In this document: positions 1 to 9,527 of the stretch, one piece after another
Layout of the letters: each line of letters starts with the position of its first letter
Position numbering within the stretch: the stretch's first letter is position 1
Assembly (NCBI GenBank): GCA_029775855.1
Contig: JARVJZ010000001.1
Span: 32,001-96,000, forward strand
Length of the DNA stretch: 64,000 bases
Reading direction: 5' to 3'
DNA from: Nitrososphaeria archaeon
Lineage (GTDB): Archaea; Thermoproteota; Nitrososphaeria; Nitrososphaerales; JAAOZN01
Made by a program: the position numbers and the translations under genes
The notes under the pieces: generated by a model
The model's database searches: none
What the model was told of the DNA's origin: nothing
Seen by the model: the letters and a program-made list of their open reading frames with translations, nothing else

Positions 1-2
1 TC

Positions 3-656
3 GCGGCGTCTATCTCAGCTTTCATAACGCTTCCTTCTATGCTTCGAAGAAGCGAGAGGACTATTGAAGAGAAGATTATTGCTTTACCGAAACCCCCACC
101 AATCTCTATGTCTGTTGAAGATGCCATTCAGAAGAGGCGCTCCATTCGGGAGTATAAGCATCCCATAGATTTAATTAGGTTAAGTCAGCTTCTGCTCAAT
201 TCATTTAAAAAGGTTGGTGAAGGGTATGGACTTCTCACAGCAGCCTTAAATGAAGTGGATGTGTATCTTTCTGTAGGCGAAGAAAAGGTCGTTGGTGTTC
301 CCGCTGGCGTATACCTCTACCTTAGGGATGAACATGCTCTAAAGGTGCATAGGGAAGGAAACTACCTTCAGGAGCTCTCATCAGCAGCATTAAACCAGCC
401 TTGGGTTGAAGAAGCTTGCTTTAACATCGTCTTGTTCGCAAATTTGCGTGAAGATTCTCGTTTGCGCGAGGGTGTTGTGGAGCTGCCACATCTATGCGCT
501 GGCGTCTTAGGTGAAAAGGTGTATTTAGCGGCTGTAGGCTTGGGGCTTGCCTGTGTAGTTATAGGCGCATTTTATGAAGATAGGGTTAAAGCAATCTTCG
601 AAGTCGATTCAGCAAAGACCCCTCTCTACATAATATCTGTTGGTGACCTAGTTTGA
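3..656 (+). CDS. SagB/ThcOx-family nitroreductase-fold flavoprotein, copy A (probably 5'-truncated by window edge)
   Basis: IALPKP..SVEDAIQKRRSIREY N-terminal motif, GVYLY, A(L)NQPWV, GLACVVIGAF. The frame stays open upstream of ATG39 to the window start (AASISAFITLPS). Confidence 0.8.
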   Translation, partial: AASISAFITLPSMLRRSERTIEEKIIALPKPPPISMSVEDAIQKRRSIREYKHPIDLIRLSQLLLNSFKKVGEGYGLLTAALNEVDVYLSVGEEKVVGVPAGVYLYLRDEHALKVHREGNYLQELSSAALNQPWVEEACFNIVLFANLREDSRLREGVVELPHLCAGVLGEKVYLAAVGLGLACVVIGAFYEDRVKAIFEVDSAKTPLYIISVGDLV

Positions 657-1270
657 GCGTTTTTCCTCTCTCTAATCTTGCCTCAGGTAGGTTGAGCCTC
701 TCTGCAGCATTAGAGAAAGTAGACAATTTCAACGGGTTAAAGCCCCATAAGCTCACTCTAAGCGAATTAGGCAGAATACTTTGGGCTGCGCAAGGTGTAA
801 CTAAAAGAGATTCTGGCTGGATATATCCGCTGCGAGCAGCACCTTCAGCAGGAGGGCTTTATCCCCTTGAGGTATATGTAATTGTAGCATCTGATGGTGT
901 AGAGGAGTTAGAGGAAGGGCTATACCACTACGACCCTGTTGGAGAAGTGCTTACTTTAGTGGAAAAGGGTAGTTACCACACTGAGATCACAAGATTGTTA
1001 AAGATTGGGGTTAAGGGCGACGTTTCAATGGTCTACATACTTATCTGCGCCGTGTATCATAGGACTACAGAGAAGTATGGTTATAGGGGTATAATGTATG
1101 TGCATAATGAAGTTGGTCATGTTGTTTTGAACGCTATGGTTGAATGTGCTTCACTCAACTTAGCGTGTGAGATACTCTTAATACGCTCTGACGCTGATGT
1201 GAAGAAGCTGCTAAATATAATGGGAGAACCTCTTCTTCTAATGAAAATAGGCAAAACCACACAAAAATAG
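653..1270 (+). CDS. SagB/ThcOx-family nitroreductase-fold flavoprotein, copy B
   Basis: LWAAQG, RAAPSAGGLYPLEVY, GLYHYDP, EKYGYRG, EVGHV; 4-bp overlap with copy A. Confidence 0.8.
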   Translation: MSVFPLSNLASGRLSLSAALEKVDNFNGLKPHKLTLSELGRILWAAQGVTKRDSGWIYPLRAAPSAGGLYPLEVYVIVASDGVEELEEGLYHYDPVGEVLTLVEKGSYHTEITRLLKIGVKGDVSMVYILICAVYHRTTEKYGYRGIMYVHNEVGHVVLNAMVECASLNLACEILLIRSDADVKKLLNIMGEPLLLMKIGKTTQK

Positions 1271-1297
1271 TAGGGGTTCTGAGCATAAACCCAGAAC

Positions 1298-3448
1298 CTA
1301 GAGTCCAAGTATGCCTATGAAGAGCGGTATGAACAGTATAGAGAGCGTGTTAAGTAGCTTTATCAATACGTGAAGTGATGGTCCTGCTGTGTCTTTCATA
1401 GGGTCACCGACTGTATCTCCAACGACAGCTGCTGCGTGTGTTGGTGAGCCTTTGCCGCCAAGGTTGCCTGCTTCAATGAACTTCTTAGCGTTATCCCATG
1501 CCGCGCCTCCTGTGTTCATAAGTATGGCTAGAGGTATGCCAGACATTGTTGCACCTATGACAAGTGCGCCAACAGCGCTTAGACCCAACAGCACACCCAC
1601 CACTATAGGCACTATAACCACCAGCAGCCCTGGGAGCACCATTTCTTTCAAAGCAGCCCTTGTGCTTATGTCTACAGCTTTATCGTATTCTGGTTTTGCT
1701 CTACCCTCCATCAAGCCTACTATTTCTCTAAACTGTCTTCTCACTTCATTAACCATCTCCTTTGCAGCAGAACCCACTGCTTTGATTGCGAACGCTGAGA
1801 AGATGAATGGTAACATGGCGCCTATAAGTGTTGAAACGAGCACGACGGGGTTGCTGAGCTCGAGTCTAATTTCAGGTAACCCAACGCTTCTAAGGTATTC
1901 GTTTCCAGCTTCGATGTAGGCTTGGAAGAGTAGTTGTGCTGCGAGTAGGGCGCTTCCCATAGCGAAGCCTTTGGTTAAGGCTTTGGTTGTGTTGCCAACC
2001 GCGTCAAGCGCCTCCATGCTCTCATCTATACCCTTCTGCCCAGACATCTCAGCTATTCCGCCTGCGTTGTCTGCGATTGGTCCGAAGCCGTCTAACGCCA
2101 GAACCATACCCATAACTGCAAGCATACCCATAGTAGCTAAAGTTGTCCCATAAACACCACCAATTAGAGATGCGTTAGCGCCAAGCTCAGGGTTGGCTGC
2201 GCCAAAAAGCGTGCCGAAGTAGTATGCAACTAGCAGACAAGCGCCTAGAGAAGCTATAGGTAGTGCCGTTGTTTCAAGCCCTACTGAAAATCCGGTTATT
2301 ATGTTTGTTGCAGTTCCAGTTTGAGAGGCGTCTGCTATGCGTCTTACCGGCCCTCTCTCTCTACCAGTGTAGTAGTCTGTTATGACCTGCACTAATATGC
2401 TTGCAGCTAAGCCCGCTAGCATAGAGAAGTAGAGGTAGATGCCTCCAGGCTCTGAGCCGAAGAGTAGTTGTATAGCAACATAGAAGAGCACTGCAGACAT
2501 TATTGTTGTGACTGTTAATCCTTTGTGTAGGGCTCTCATGGGTTTATGCTCTTCACCTTTACTCAATCTTACGAATGGCATGCCTATTAATGTGGCAAAG
2601 ATTCCTAACGCTCTGGCTATTATCGGGAAGATAAGGAAGGCCCAGTTTTGAGTCCAGTAAGCTATCACGCCTCCTATGATCATACCTCCTATGTTTTCTG
2701 CTGTTGCGGATTCGAATAAGTCAGCGCCACGCCCTGCTGAGTCACCTACATTATCGCCTACATTATCGGCTATCACAGCAGCATTCCTTGGGTCGTCCTC
2801 AGGTATCCCTGCTTCAACTTTTCCTACCAAGTCTGCTCCCACATCAGCAGCCTTTGTGTATATCCCCCCACCTAGCTGTGCAAATAGTGCTACTAAGCTT
2901 GCGCCGAAACCCATACCTATAATCTTAGTTGGGGTTGTCTCGTCAGCGCCGTATAGTATAAAGAGCACTGTAACACCAAGCAGACTTAAACCAGTCACGA
3001 GAAGCCCCATTATAGCGCCGCCGTGAAAAGCGGTCTTTAAGGCGGGCTCTATCCCCCGCTTAGCCATTATGACGGTTCTAACGTTTGAGCGTGTAGCCAT
3101 ATCCATAGCTATGAATCCTGCTAGTAGTGATGCAAACGCTCCTATGAGAAATGCTACCGCTGCTCCAGGGCCGAAATGTACCGCTATCGCCTCTACCTCT
3201 TTAGGTGCGACAAAGCCTGCTGCTAAAAGTATGGCTGCTATGATGATGGCTATTATTGTGATGGTTGTGTATTGTCTTTTCATGAAGGCGTATGCACCTA
3301 TTCTTATGGCTGATGCTATCTCTGCTGCTTTGGGGTCGTCGACCTTTATGGAGAGTATCCTCCAAGCTAGAATGAGTGCTGCTAGTATTGAGGCGATGCC
3401 TCCTATCGGTGCTATCCAGAAGTAGGGTTCAGCTAAGATGTTGACCAA
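1298..3448 (-). CDS. hppA: Membrane-bound proton-translocating pyrophosphatase, likely K+-independent
   Basis: GGGIYTKAADVGADLVGKVEAGIPEDDPRN, DNVGDNVGD, GDTVGDPMKD motifs. GNTTKA has Lys at the K+-dependence determinant. Confidence 0.95.
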   Translation of the reverse strand: MVNILAEPYFWIAPIGGIASILAALILAWRILSIKVDDPKAAEIASAIRIGAYAFMKRQYTTITIIAIIIAAILLAAGFVAPKEVEAIAVHFGPGAAVAFLIGAFASLLAGFIAMDMATRSNVRTVIMAKRGIEPALKTAFHGGAIMGLLVTGLSLLGVTVLFILYGADETTPTKIIGMGFGASLVALFAQLGGGIYTKAADVGADLVGKVEAGIPEDDPRNAAVIADNVGDNVGDSAGRGADLFESATAENIGGMIIGGVIAYWTQNWAFLIFPIIARALGIFATLIGMPFVRLSKGEEHKPMRALHKGLTVTTIMSAVLFYVAIQLLFGSEPGGIYLYFSMLAGLAASILVQVITDYYTGRERGPVRRIADASQTGTATNIITGFSVGLETTALPIASLGACLLVAYYFGTLFGAANPELGANASLIGGVYGTTLATMGMLAVMGMVLALDGFGPIADNAGGIAEMSGQKGIDESMEALDAVGNTTKALTKGFAMGSALLAAQLLFQAYIEAGNEYLRSVGLPEIRLELSNPVVLVSTLIGAMLPFIFSAFAIKAVGSAAKEMVNEVRRQFREIVGLMEGRAKPEYDKAVDISTRAALKEMVLPGLLVVIVPIVVGVLLGLSAVGALVIGATMSGIPLAILMNTGGAAWDNAKKFIEAGNLGGKGSPTHAAAVVGDTVGDPMKDTAGPSLHVLIKLLNTLSILFIPLFIGILGL

Positions 3449-3567
3449 GGTTTATCTCCAACAAGCGACCCAAAAGATACTATATTAAATCTTTCGTAAA
3501 TAACTTCTAGAGAATCATTAATTTTAGAATGTAAGGCTTATCAGATACTCCAAAGGAGTAGAAGGCG

Positions 3568-4683
3568 ATGCATCTATTCGTCGTATTGACCTCATCCTGT
3601 AATCTAAAATGCCTATACTGCTACGGCAAATGTTGCGACGACATTGGAAGCAGCTTCGATTTTGAAGTTGACTACTCCATCCCAGACGAAATATCCTACG
3701 ATATAGATGTGTTAAAGTCTTTCTGCTCTAAAGCCAAGCTTGGAAACCTAATCTTTTACGGCGGGGAGCCTCTTCTTAAGATGGATAAAATGATGGAGAT
3801 TATGGAGAAGGTTGATGCTGAAAAGTTTATGCTTCAGACAAATGGGCTTTTGCTCTCTAGGTTAGATCCAGCGTATCTTAAGAGGTTGCACACCATCTTG
3901 GTCTCGATAGATGGTGATGAAGCTCTCACAGATTTCTACAGAGGAAACGGGGTTTACAGAAGAGTGATAGAAAACATAAAGAGCATCAGAGAAAAAGGCT
4001 TCAAAGGAGAAATAGTAGCTAGAATGACTATAAGCCAACAGAGCGACCTAGAACGTAATGTGAACCACCTACTATCTCTGAACAACCTATTTGACTCAAT
4101 TCATTGGCAGATAGATGCACAGTTCTGGCAGAACGACTTCAACCAAAAAGCCTTTACTGAATGGGTTGAAGAAAGCTACGGTCCTGGGCTCCTACACCTA
4201 ATATACAAGTGGGCTGAGCAGATTCTAAAAGGTAAAGTTTTGCGCATCTACCCTTTCTTAGGGGTTATGGAGACGCTACTACACGGTGGTGAAGCAGGGT
4301 TAAGATGTGGTTCAGGCTGGTCCCAATATACCGTTCAAACCGACGGCACTATCGTGCCTTGCCCAAGTATGGTCGGTCTTAAAGCGTATTATCTTGGTAA
4401 TATTAAATCGACAGACCCATCTACTCTTCCTAAGAAGGTTGAGTTGAAGGCTCCCTGCAGTAGCTGCGATATTTTATCTATTTGTGGCGGAAGATGCCTC
4501 TACGCCAACATAACCAAGCTGTGGGGTGAAGAAGGGTTTAGGCTCGTCTGCAGCACTGTAAGGCTACTTGTAGAGGGATTAAAATGCGTCAAGCCTATTG
4601 TGGAAAAGGCGCTTAAGAATAAGTTAATCCACCCAGAGGACTTGGCTTACACAAAGTTTAACAGCTGCGAAATCATACCGTAA
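3568..4683 (+). CDS. Radical SAM/SPASM-domain protein (AF0577-like family)
   Basis: CNLKCLYC, FYGGEPLL, QTNG, VSIDG; C-terminal SPASM cysteines (RCGSG, PCP, CSSC..ICGGRC); ends in CEIIP. Confidence 0.85.
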   Translation: MHLFVVLTSSCNLKCLYCYGKCCDDIGSSFDFEVDYSIPDEISYDIDVLKSFCSKAKLGNLIFYGGEPLLKMDKMMEIMEKVDAEKFMLQTNGLLLSRLDPAYLKRLHTILVSIDGDEALTDFYRGNGVYRRVIENIKSIREKGFKGEIVARMTISQQSDLERNVNHLLSLNNLFDSIHWQIDAQFWQNDFNQKAFTEWVEESYGPGLLHLIYKWAEQILKGKVLRIYPFLGVMETLLHGGEAGLRCGSGWSQYTVQTDGTIVPCPSMVGLKAYYLGNIKSTDPSTLPKKVELKAPCSSCDILSICGGRCLYANITKLWGEEGFRLVCSTVRLLVEGLKCVKPIVEKALKNKLIHPEDLAYTKFNSCEIIP

Positions 4684-4740
4684 AAAGGCAGTTAAATAAC
4701 AAATACTCTAAAATACCTCCACGGATTGACCAGCTACTAA

Positions 4741-5622
4741 ATGTCAACCTTTCTAGGTGTAGCAGCCTCATTAGGTGCAGCCTTATGCTGGACAGCCACC
4801 GCAGCGCTACTGAAACTAGGTACTACTAATGTGCAGCCTCTGCTTGCAAACACAATAAGAGTTATAGCAGCTACTTTAGGCTCTATATTACTTGTACTTA
4901 TGATGGGTGAGTTAGATGCTCTTCTAGCTCCCAATCTAGCCGCATTTTCTATCGCTTTATCAGCTGGGCTTCTAGGTATTGTCATTGGCGATACTCTCTA
5001 CATCTACGCTTTAAAGACAGCTGGAGTAGCGAGAGTTATGCCTGTTGCGAACACATATCCACTATTCTCAACATTAGGTGCTTTCCTCTTTTTAGGAGAG
5101 GGGCTCACGCCATACATCATCTTGGGTGCTGTGTTTATTGTCGCTGGTCTTTGGCTTATCAGCCCGAGAAGAGATTATAGGGATGCTGGAGAAGTGGGCT
5201 TCACGCCTCGGAGCTTCTTTCTTACACTTTCCTGCGCGCCTATATGGGCTGCCGGTATACTTCTACTCGGATACGCCTTAAATTACTATAGTGTTATAGT
5301 GCTGAATGCTGTGAGGCTGCCGCTAATAGCCCTCATCCTCTTAGGTGTTGCATATGCTAGGGGGCTCAACACTATTAGGTTAAGTAGACACACAGTTATG
5401 ATACTTGCTTCAGCTGGTCTTCTGGGTCTTACGGTAGGGAACATCTTGTTCCTCTTAGGCATAGATAGCATAGGTGTGGCGAAGGCCGTCCCTCTATCCT
5501 CAACTTCACCAATCTTCTCAACGATAGTAGGTGCTGTGTTTCTAAGAGAGAAGGTTAGCTTACGGGTCTACTTGAGTGCAGTATTAATTGTTCTTGGCAT
5601 AATTCAAGTAACAATAGGTTAG
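4741..5622 (+). CDS. DMT/EamA-family transporter
   Basis: About 10 hydrophobic segments in two repeats; FLFLGE and VFLRE repeat-end motifs. Confidence 0.85.
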   Translation: MSTFLGVAASLGAALCWTATAALLKLGTTNVQPLLANTIRVIAATLGSILLVLMMGELDALLAPNLAAFSIALSAGLLGIVIGDTLYIYALKTAGVARVMPVANTYPLFSTLGAFLFLGEGLTPYIILGAVFIVAGLWLISPRRDYRDAGEVGFTPRSFFLTLSCAPIWAAGILLLGYALNYYSVIVLNAVRLPLIALILLGVAYARGLNTIRLSRHTVMILASAGLLGLTVGNILFLLGIDSIGVAKAVPLSSTSPIFSTIVGAVFLREKVSLRVYLSAVLIVLGIIQVTIG

Positions 5623-5668
5623 CATCAAAGATATATCTCCCTACACATAATCTGTTGATGAGTCTACT

Positions 5669-6223
5669 TTGGAGTTTAAAGTTGGAAGAACAGTTGTCAG
5701 AGTAATCCAAGGTGATATAACGGAGCAAGAAACCGAAGCCATAGTTAACGCAGCTAACCCAACTCTTATGGGAGGGGGAGGAGTTGATGGTGCTATACAT
5801 CGAAAAGGCGGACCAAGCATATTAGAAGAATGTAAGAAGATAAGGGCTACTCAATACCCGAAAGGACTGCCTACCGGCAAAGCTGTGATAACCAACGCAG
5901 GCAGACTAAAAGCCAAATATGTTATACACACAGTAGGCCCAATCTGGAGTGGTGGGGATAGAGGTGAAGCAGAACTTTTAGCAGAAGCCTATCGGAGCTG
6001 CTTAGAGTTAGCATCTTCAAAAGGCATTAAGAGCATAGCCTTCCCTTCCATAAGCACCGGCGCCTACGGCTACCCAATATCTAAAGCCAGTAGAGTTGCT
6101 TTAGAGACTGTCAAAGACTTCCTTATTAAAGAGCATACTATTAATGAAGTCGTGTTTGTACTCTTCAGCAGAGAAGACCAAAAGGTGTATGAGAAAGCGG
6201 CTGAAGAGATTCTCAGCAAATAG
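5669..6223 (+). CDS. Macro-domain O-acetyl-ADP-ribose deacetylase (YmdB-like)
   Basis: QGDIT, AIVNAAN, GGGGVDGAIH, HTVGP, FPSISTGAYGYP. Confidence 0.92.
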   Translation: MEFKVGRTVVRVIQGDITEQETEAIVNAANPTLMGGGGVDGAIHRKGGPSILEECKKIRATQYPKGLPTGKAVITNAGRLKAKYVIHTVGPIWSGGDRGEAELLAEAYRSCLELASSKGIKSIAFPSISTGAYGYPISKASRVALETVKDFLIKEHTINEVVFVLFSREDQKVYEKAAEEILSK

Positions 6224-6237
6224 TTGATATTGATAAC

Positions 6238-6960
6238 CTAAGTTCCTAAATAGAAAGTTCTTATATGCTCCTCACTTGAGAGCGCATTCGGGCTACCCTC
6301 CATAACTATCGCACCATTCTCTAAAACATACACTCTATCAACGATCTTTAAAGCAGATCTAGCATCTTGCTCGACCAAAAAAGTCGTTACCCCCCTTGAC
6401 CTAATAGTTTTGATAGCTGAAAGTATTCTACCCTTCATAATAGGGGATAAACCTAGCAGAGGCTCATCTAGAAGAAGCAGCTGAGGTCTAGCCATCAACG
6501 ATCTTCCTATGGCTAGCATCTGCTGTTCACCGCCACTCATAGTGCCCGCTTTCTGATTGCACCTCTCTTTAAGCACTGGGAAGAGTTGGAACACATATTC
6601 AAGATCTTCTTTTATACCATCCTTGTCTCTACGGAGATAGGCGCCTAACTCTAAATTCTCCAACACGGTCATATCTGGCGCTAGCCTTCTATGCTCAGGG
6701 CAGTGAGCTAAACCGTATTTTGCTATCTTATTAGGTTTCATGCCAGTGAGGTCTTTGCCGTTAAATATGACTTGCCCTTCTGTGGGTTTGACGAGACCAG
6801 ATATAGTCTTTAAAAGCGTTGTCTTCCCAGCACCATTAGGCCCTATTAGCGCTACTAGTTCACCTTTATCTATGTGAAGCGACACATTATTCAAAGCTAT
6901 CGCTTTACCATAGTAAACGGTTAAACCCTCTACTTTAAGCAACTTCACTCTCCTCTCCAA
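6238..6960 (-). CDS. livF: Branched-chain amino acid ABC transporter ATPase
   Basis: GPNGAGKTT, MSGGEQQMLAIGR, LLLDEP; last gene of liv cluster. Confidence 0.92.
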   Translation of the reverse strand: MERRVKLLKVEGLTVYYGKAIALNNVSLHIDKGELVALIGPNGAGKTTLLKTISGLVKPTEGQVIFNGKDLTGMKPNKIAKYGLAHCPEHRRLAPDMTVLENLELGAYLRRDKDGIKEDLEYVFQLFPVLKERCNQKAGTMSGGEQQMLAIGRSLMARPQLLLLDEPLLGLSPIMKGRILSAIKTIRSRGVTTFLVEQDARSALKIVDRVYVLENGAIVMEGSPNALSSEEHIRTFYLGT

Positions 6961-7666
6961 AGTATGCCTCTATAACCATCTTGTCACGCCTAACCTCTTC
7001 TGGTGTACCTTCTTTGATCAAACGCCCCTCATGAAGCACAAGCACCCTCCTAGTTAACTCAAGAAGTGAACGGACAACATGTTCAATGATTAAAAGAGTT
7101 AATCCTCTATTGTGAAGAGTCGCAATCAGATGCATAAGCCCTTTAATTTCATCAGCCCTTAGACCGGCAAAAGGTTCATCGAGCATAAGTAATTCAGCGC
7201 CAGTTGCAACAGCGCGTGCAACTTCAAGTCTCTTCAAATAACCTTGAGGTAGATTCTTAGAGAGCTGCTTTCGATATGTAAGTAAGCCAGTCATTTGGAG
7301 AATTTCTTCTAATCTTTGCTTATACTCTGAACCTCCCTCGATAAACCCTCCACCGTAGAAGGCTACTTGAATGTTCTCTTCTACCGTAAGGTTTCGAAAC
7401 GGTCTGACTATCTGCCAGCTCCTAACCAACCCCTTCCTAACCAGCTCATAGGGTTCCATCTTCGTTATATCCTCTCCTTTAAAGAATATGCTGCCTGTAT
7501 CTGGGTGATAGACGCCTGATATGAGGTTGAATAATGTGGACTTGCCTGCACCGTTCGGACCTATTATACCTATAAGTTCACCCTTCTCCACCTTAAATGA
7601 AACATCCTTTATGGCTCTTAAGCCTCCGAAGCTTTTGCTAATGTTTCTAACCTCCAGCAGAGGCAT
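6935..7666 (-). CDS. livG: Branched-chain amino acid ABC transporter ATPase
   Basis: FGGLRA, GPNGAGKST, LDEPFAG, IEH, VIEAYFG. Confidence 0.92.
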   Translation of the reverse strand: MPLLEVRNISKSFGGLRAIKDVSFKVEKGELIGIIGPNGAGKSTLFNLISGVYHPDTGSIFFKGEDITKMEPYELVRKGLVRSWQIVRPFRNLTVEENIQVAFYGGGFIEGGSEYKQRLEEILQMTGLLTYRKQLSKNLPQGYLKRLEVARAVATGAELLMLDEPFAGLRADEIKGLMHLIATLHNRGLTLLIIEHVVRSLLELTRRVLVLHEGRLIKEGTPEEVRRDKMVIEAYFGEESEVA

Positions 7667-7668
7667 CT

Positions 7669-8634
7669 CTAGCCCCTCATTAACCTCATCAAATAGTTAA
7701 CACCCCTCATCACATACCTTATGACACCACCGGGTAAGAATAGAAGTATGAGCGTTGCGGTTAGAGCGTAAGCAAGTAGCCTAATGTTTTCAGCCACCCT
7801 AAAAAAGGAGTTAAGGAAGACAATAAGGTACGCACCTAACGCAGGCCCAATTATAGTGTTAACGCCTCCAACCATACCCATAGTTACCACAAGAGCTGTT
7901 GTAGGCACTATCGCCATAACATTAGGGTTAACTATAGTTAAATATGTGGCGTATACCGCTCCTCCCAGTCCAGCAAACGCTGCACCAAGTACCAAACAGA
8001 GAAGCCTATACCTATGCACCGCTATACCCAGCGATTTGGCTGCTATCTCATCGTCTCTAATCGCTCTGAATATTAGAGCAAATCTACTTTGTTCAGCGAT
8101 GTAGTAAAGGAAGATAAGTGAGGCTAGCATAACTGCTAAGGCGATATAGTAGTTCCCCAAGTAATCTGCTGTCAGCGGTATTATACCACGTATCCCCTCC
8201 TCACCACCTGTGATATCTGAATACGCTTTGACAGTTAAAGTCGCTATTTCCGCTAACCCAGCCATGCCAAGAGCGTAGTAGGCTCCTCGAAGCTTAAAGA
8301 ATGGTATGCTTAAACCTAAACCAATTAACGCAGTTATTGCAACAGCTAAAGCAATAGCAAGAATAGGATGTATACGCAACGAGCTGTTAAATACTGCGGT
8401 CAAATATGCTGAGAGACCGAAGAAGAACGAATGCCCTAGGCTGAGCTGGTTAGTATACATTAGTATGTCCCAACTCATAGCAAACACTGCATAAATGCTG
8501 CCTAAAGTAAGTACGTGGATAAGGTATGGGTCTCTTAAGACGGCTGGAACCGCAATCATGATAATAATGAGAATTAACCCCGCAGCCTTAAAGCTGCTTA
8601 AAGTTGTGAGGCTCTTTAACCTCAGCTCAGCCAA
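7669..8634 (-). CDS. livM: Branched-chain amino acid ABC transporter permease
   Basis: SLGHSFFFG, LRGAYYAL, TGGEEG, AIRDDEIAAKSLGI. Confidence 0.9.
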   Translation of the reverse strand: MAELRLKSLTTLSSFKAAGLILIIIMIAVPAVLRDPYLIHVLTLGSIYAVFAMSWDILMYTNQLSLGHSFFFGLSAYLTAVFNSSLRIHPILAIALAVAITALIGLGLSIPFFKLRGAYYALGMAGLAEIATLTVKAYSDITGGEEGIRGIIPLTADYLGNYYIALAVMLASLIFLYYIAEQSRFALIFRAIRDDEIAAKSLGIAVHRYRLLCLVLGAAFAGLGGAVYATYLTIVNPNVMAIVPTTALVVTMGMVGGVNTIIGPALGAYLIVFLNSFFRVAENIRLLAYALTATLILLFLPGGVIRYVMRGVNYLMRLMRG

Positions 8635-8637
8635 TTT

Positions 8638-9489
8638 TCACCGCCCCAGCAGCCCCTGTGGCTTCACGATTATTATGATAAGTGTGACTAAGAAGGCTGC
8701 AATCAGACCCCAAGTTGGTGCTATATAATAGGAGACGAACGCATCTGTAAGACCAAATATAACCCCCATAACCAAGGCTCCAGCAACACTACCCAATCCA
8801 CCGCTTATCGTTATAAAGAAGGAAAGTATGAATGGAAGCCAACCCATAGCTGGATATAGTGTGAAGAGCGGTGCAGCTAAGACCGCTGAAGCCCCCGTTA
8901 GAGCGGTGCCTAAACCGAAGGTCAAAACATAGATTAGTGAGACATCTATTCCCAGAAGCTGCGCAGCTTCACTGTCTTGCGTAGTCATGCGAATCGCCTT
9001 CCCCAATCTACTTCTCTTGACGAATAGGCTTAGTAAAGCAACCAAAATAACAGAAAGAATGGATGCAGTGATCCTCTGGTTACTCATTACGATTCCTGCA
9101 CCTTCAAAGACTCCAGTAACCAATGGCTGGAGGTTCTTATAGTCTGGTCCAAAGGTTATGCGTATAATCTGTTCAAAGAGTATAGCCAGTAAAAACGTAA
9201 GAATGAGAACGTTCGCGTGTAGATTTAGAATTGGATGTATTGTCAACCTATACACAACTATACCTATCGCACCTACGAGTATAATTGCAAGTATCATAGC
9301 CAGAGGGACACTTAAACCAAGTATCTGGAAAAAGTAGCCAAGATATGCTCCCAGAAGATAGAAGCCGCCGTGTGCGCTGTTCGCTATCCCAACTACGCTG
9401 AAGATTAAACTTAGCCCAATGGCCATAAGCCCATATATCGCGCCTATAGTAAGACCATTCAAAATTACTTGAATAGGTACCTCAACCAA
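8638..9489 (-). CDS. livH: Branched-chain amino acid ABC transporter permease
   Basis: GLSLIFSVVGIANSAHG, GKAIR, AAQLLGI, GGLGS, KPQGLLG. Confidence 0.9.
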   Translation of the reverse strand: MVEVPIQVILNGLTIGAIYGLMAIGLSLIFSVVGIANSAHGGFYLLGAYLGYFFQILGLSVPLAMILAIILVGAIGIVVYRLTIHPILNLHANVLILTFLLAILFEQIIRITFGPDYKNLQPLVTGVFEGAGIVMSNQRITASILSVILVALLSLFVKRSRLGKAIRMTTQDSEAAQLLGIDVSLIYVLTFGLGTALTGASAVLAAPLFTLYPAMGWLPFILSFFITISGGLGSVAGALVMGVIFGLTDAFVSYYIAPTWGLIAAFLVTLIIIIVKPQGLLGR

Positions 9490-9527
9490 AACCGACCACC
9501 AAAAAATTTAGTGGAGGGCTGAAAAGC

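Noticed and set aside
1389-3425. Several plus-strand ORFs inside hppA, and similar antisense ORFs throughout (e.g. 24441..25106, 25365..25832, 47816..48349)
   Set aside because: Ser/Thr/Pro/Ala-rich antisense shadows of well-supported genes, with no motifs.
3-5622. RiPP (azole/SPASM) biosynthetic cluster from the SagB-like pair plus radical SAM
   Set aside because: No YcaO, E1-like protein or precursor peptide is visible, and hppA separates the genes. Sequence left of the window is unseen.
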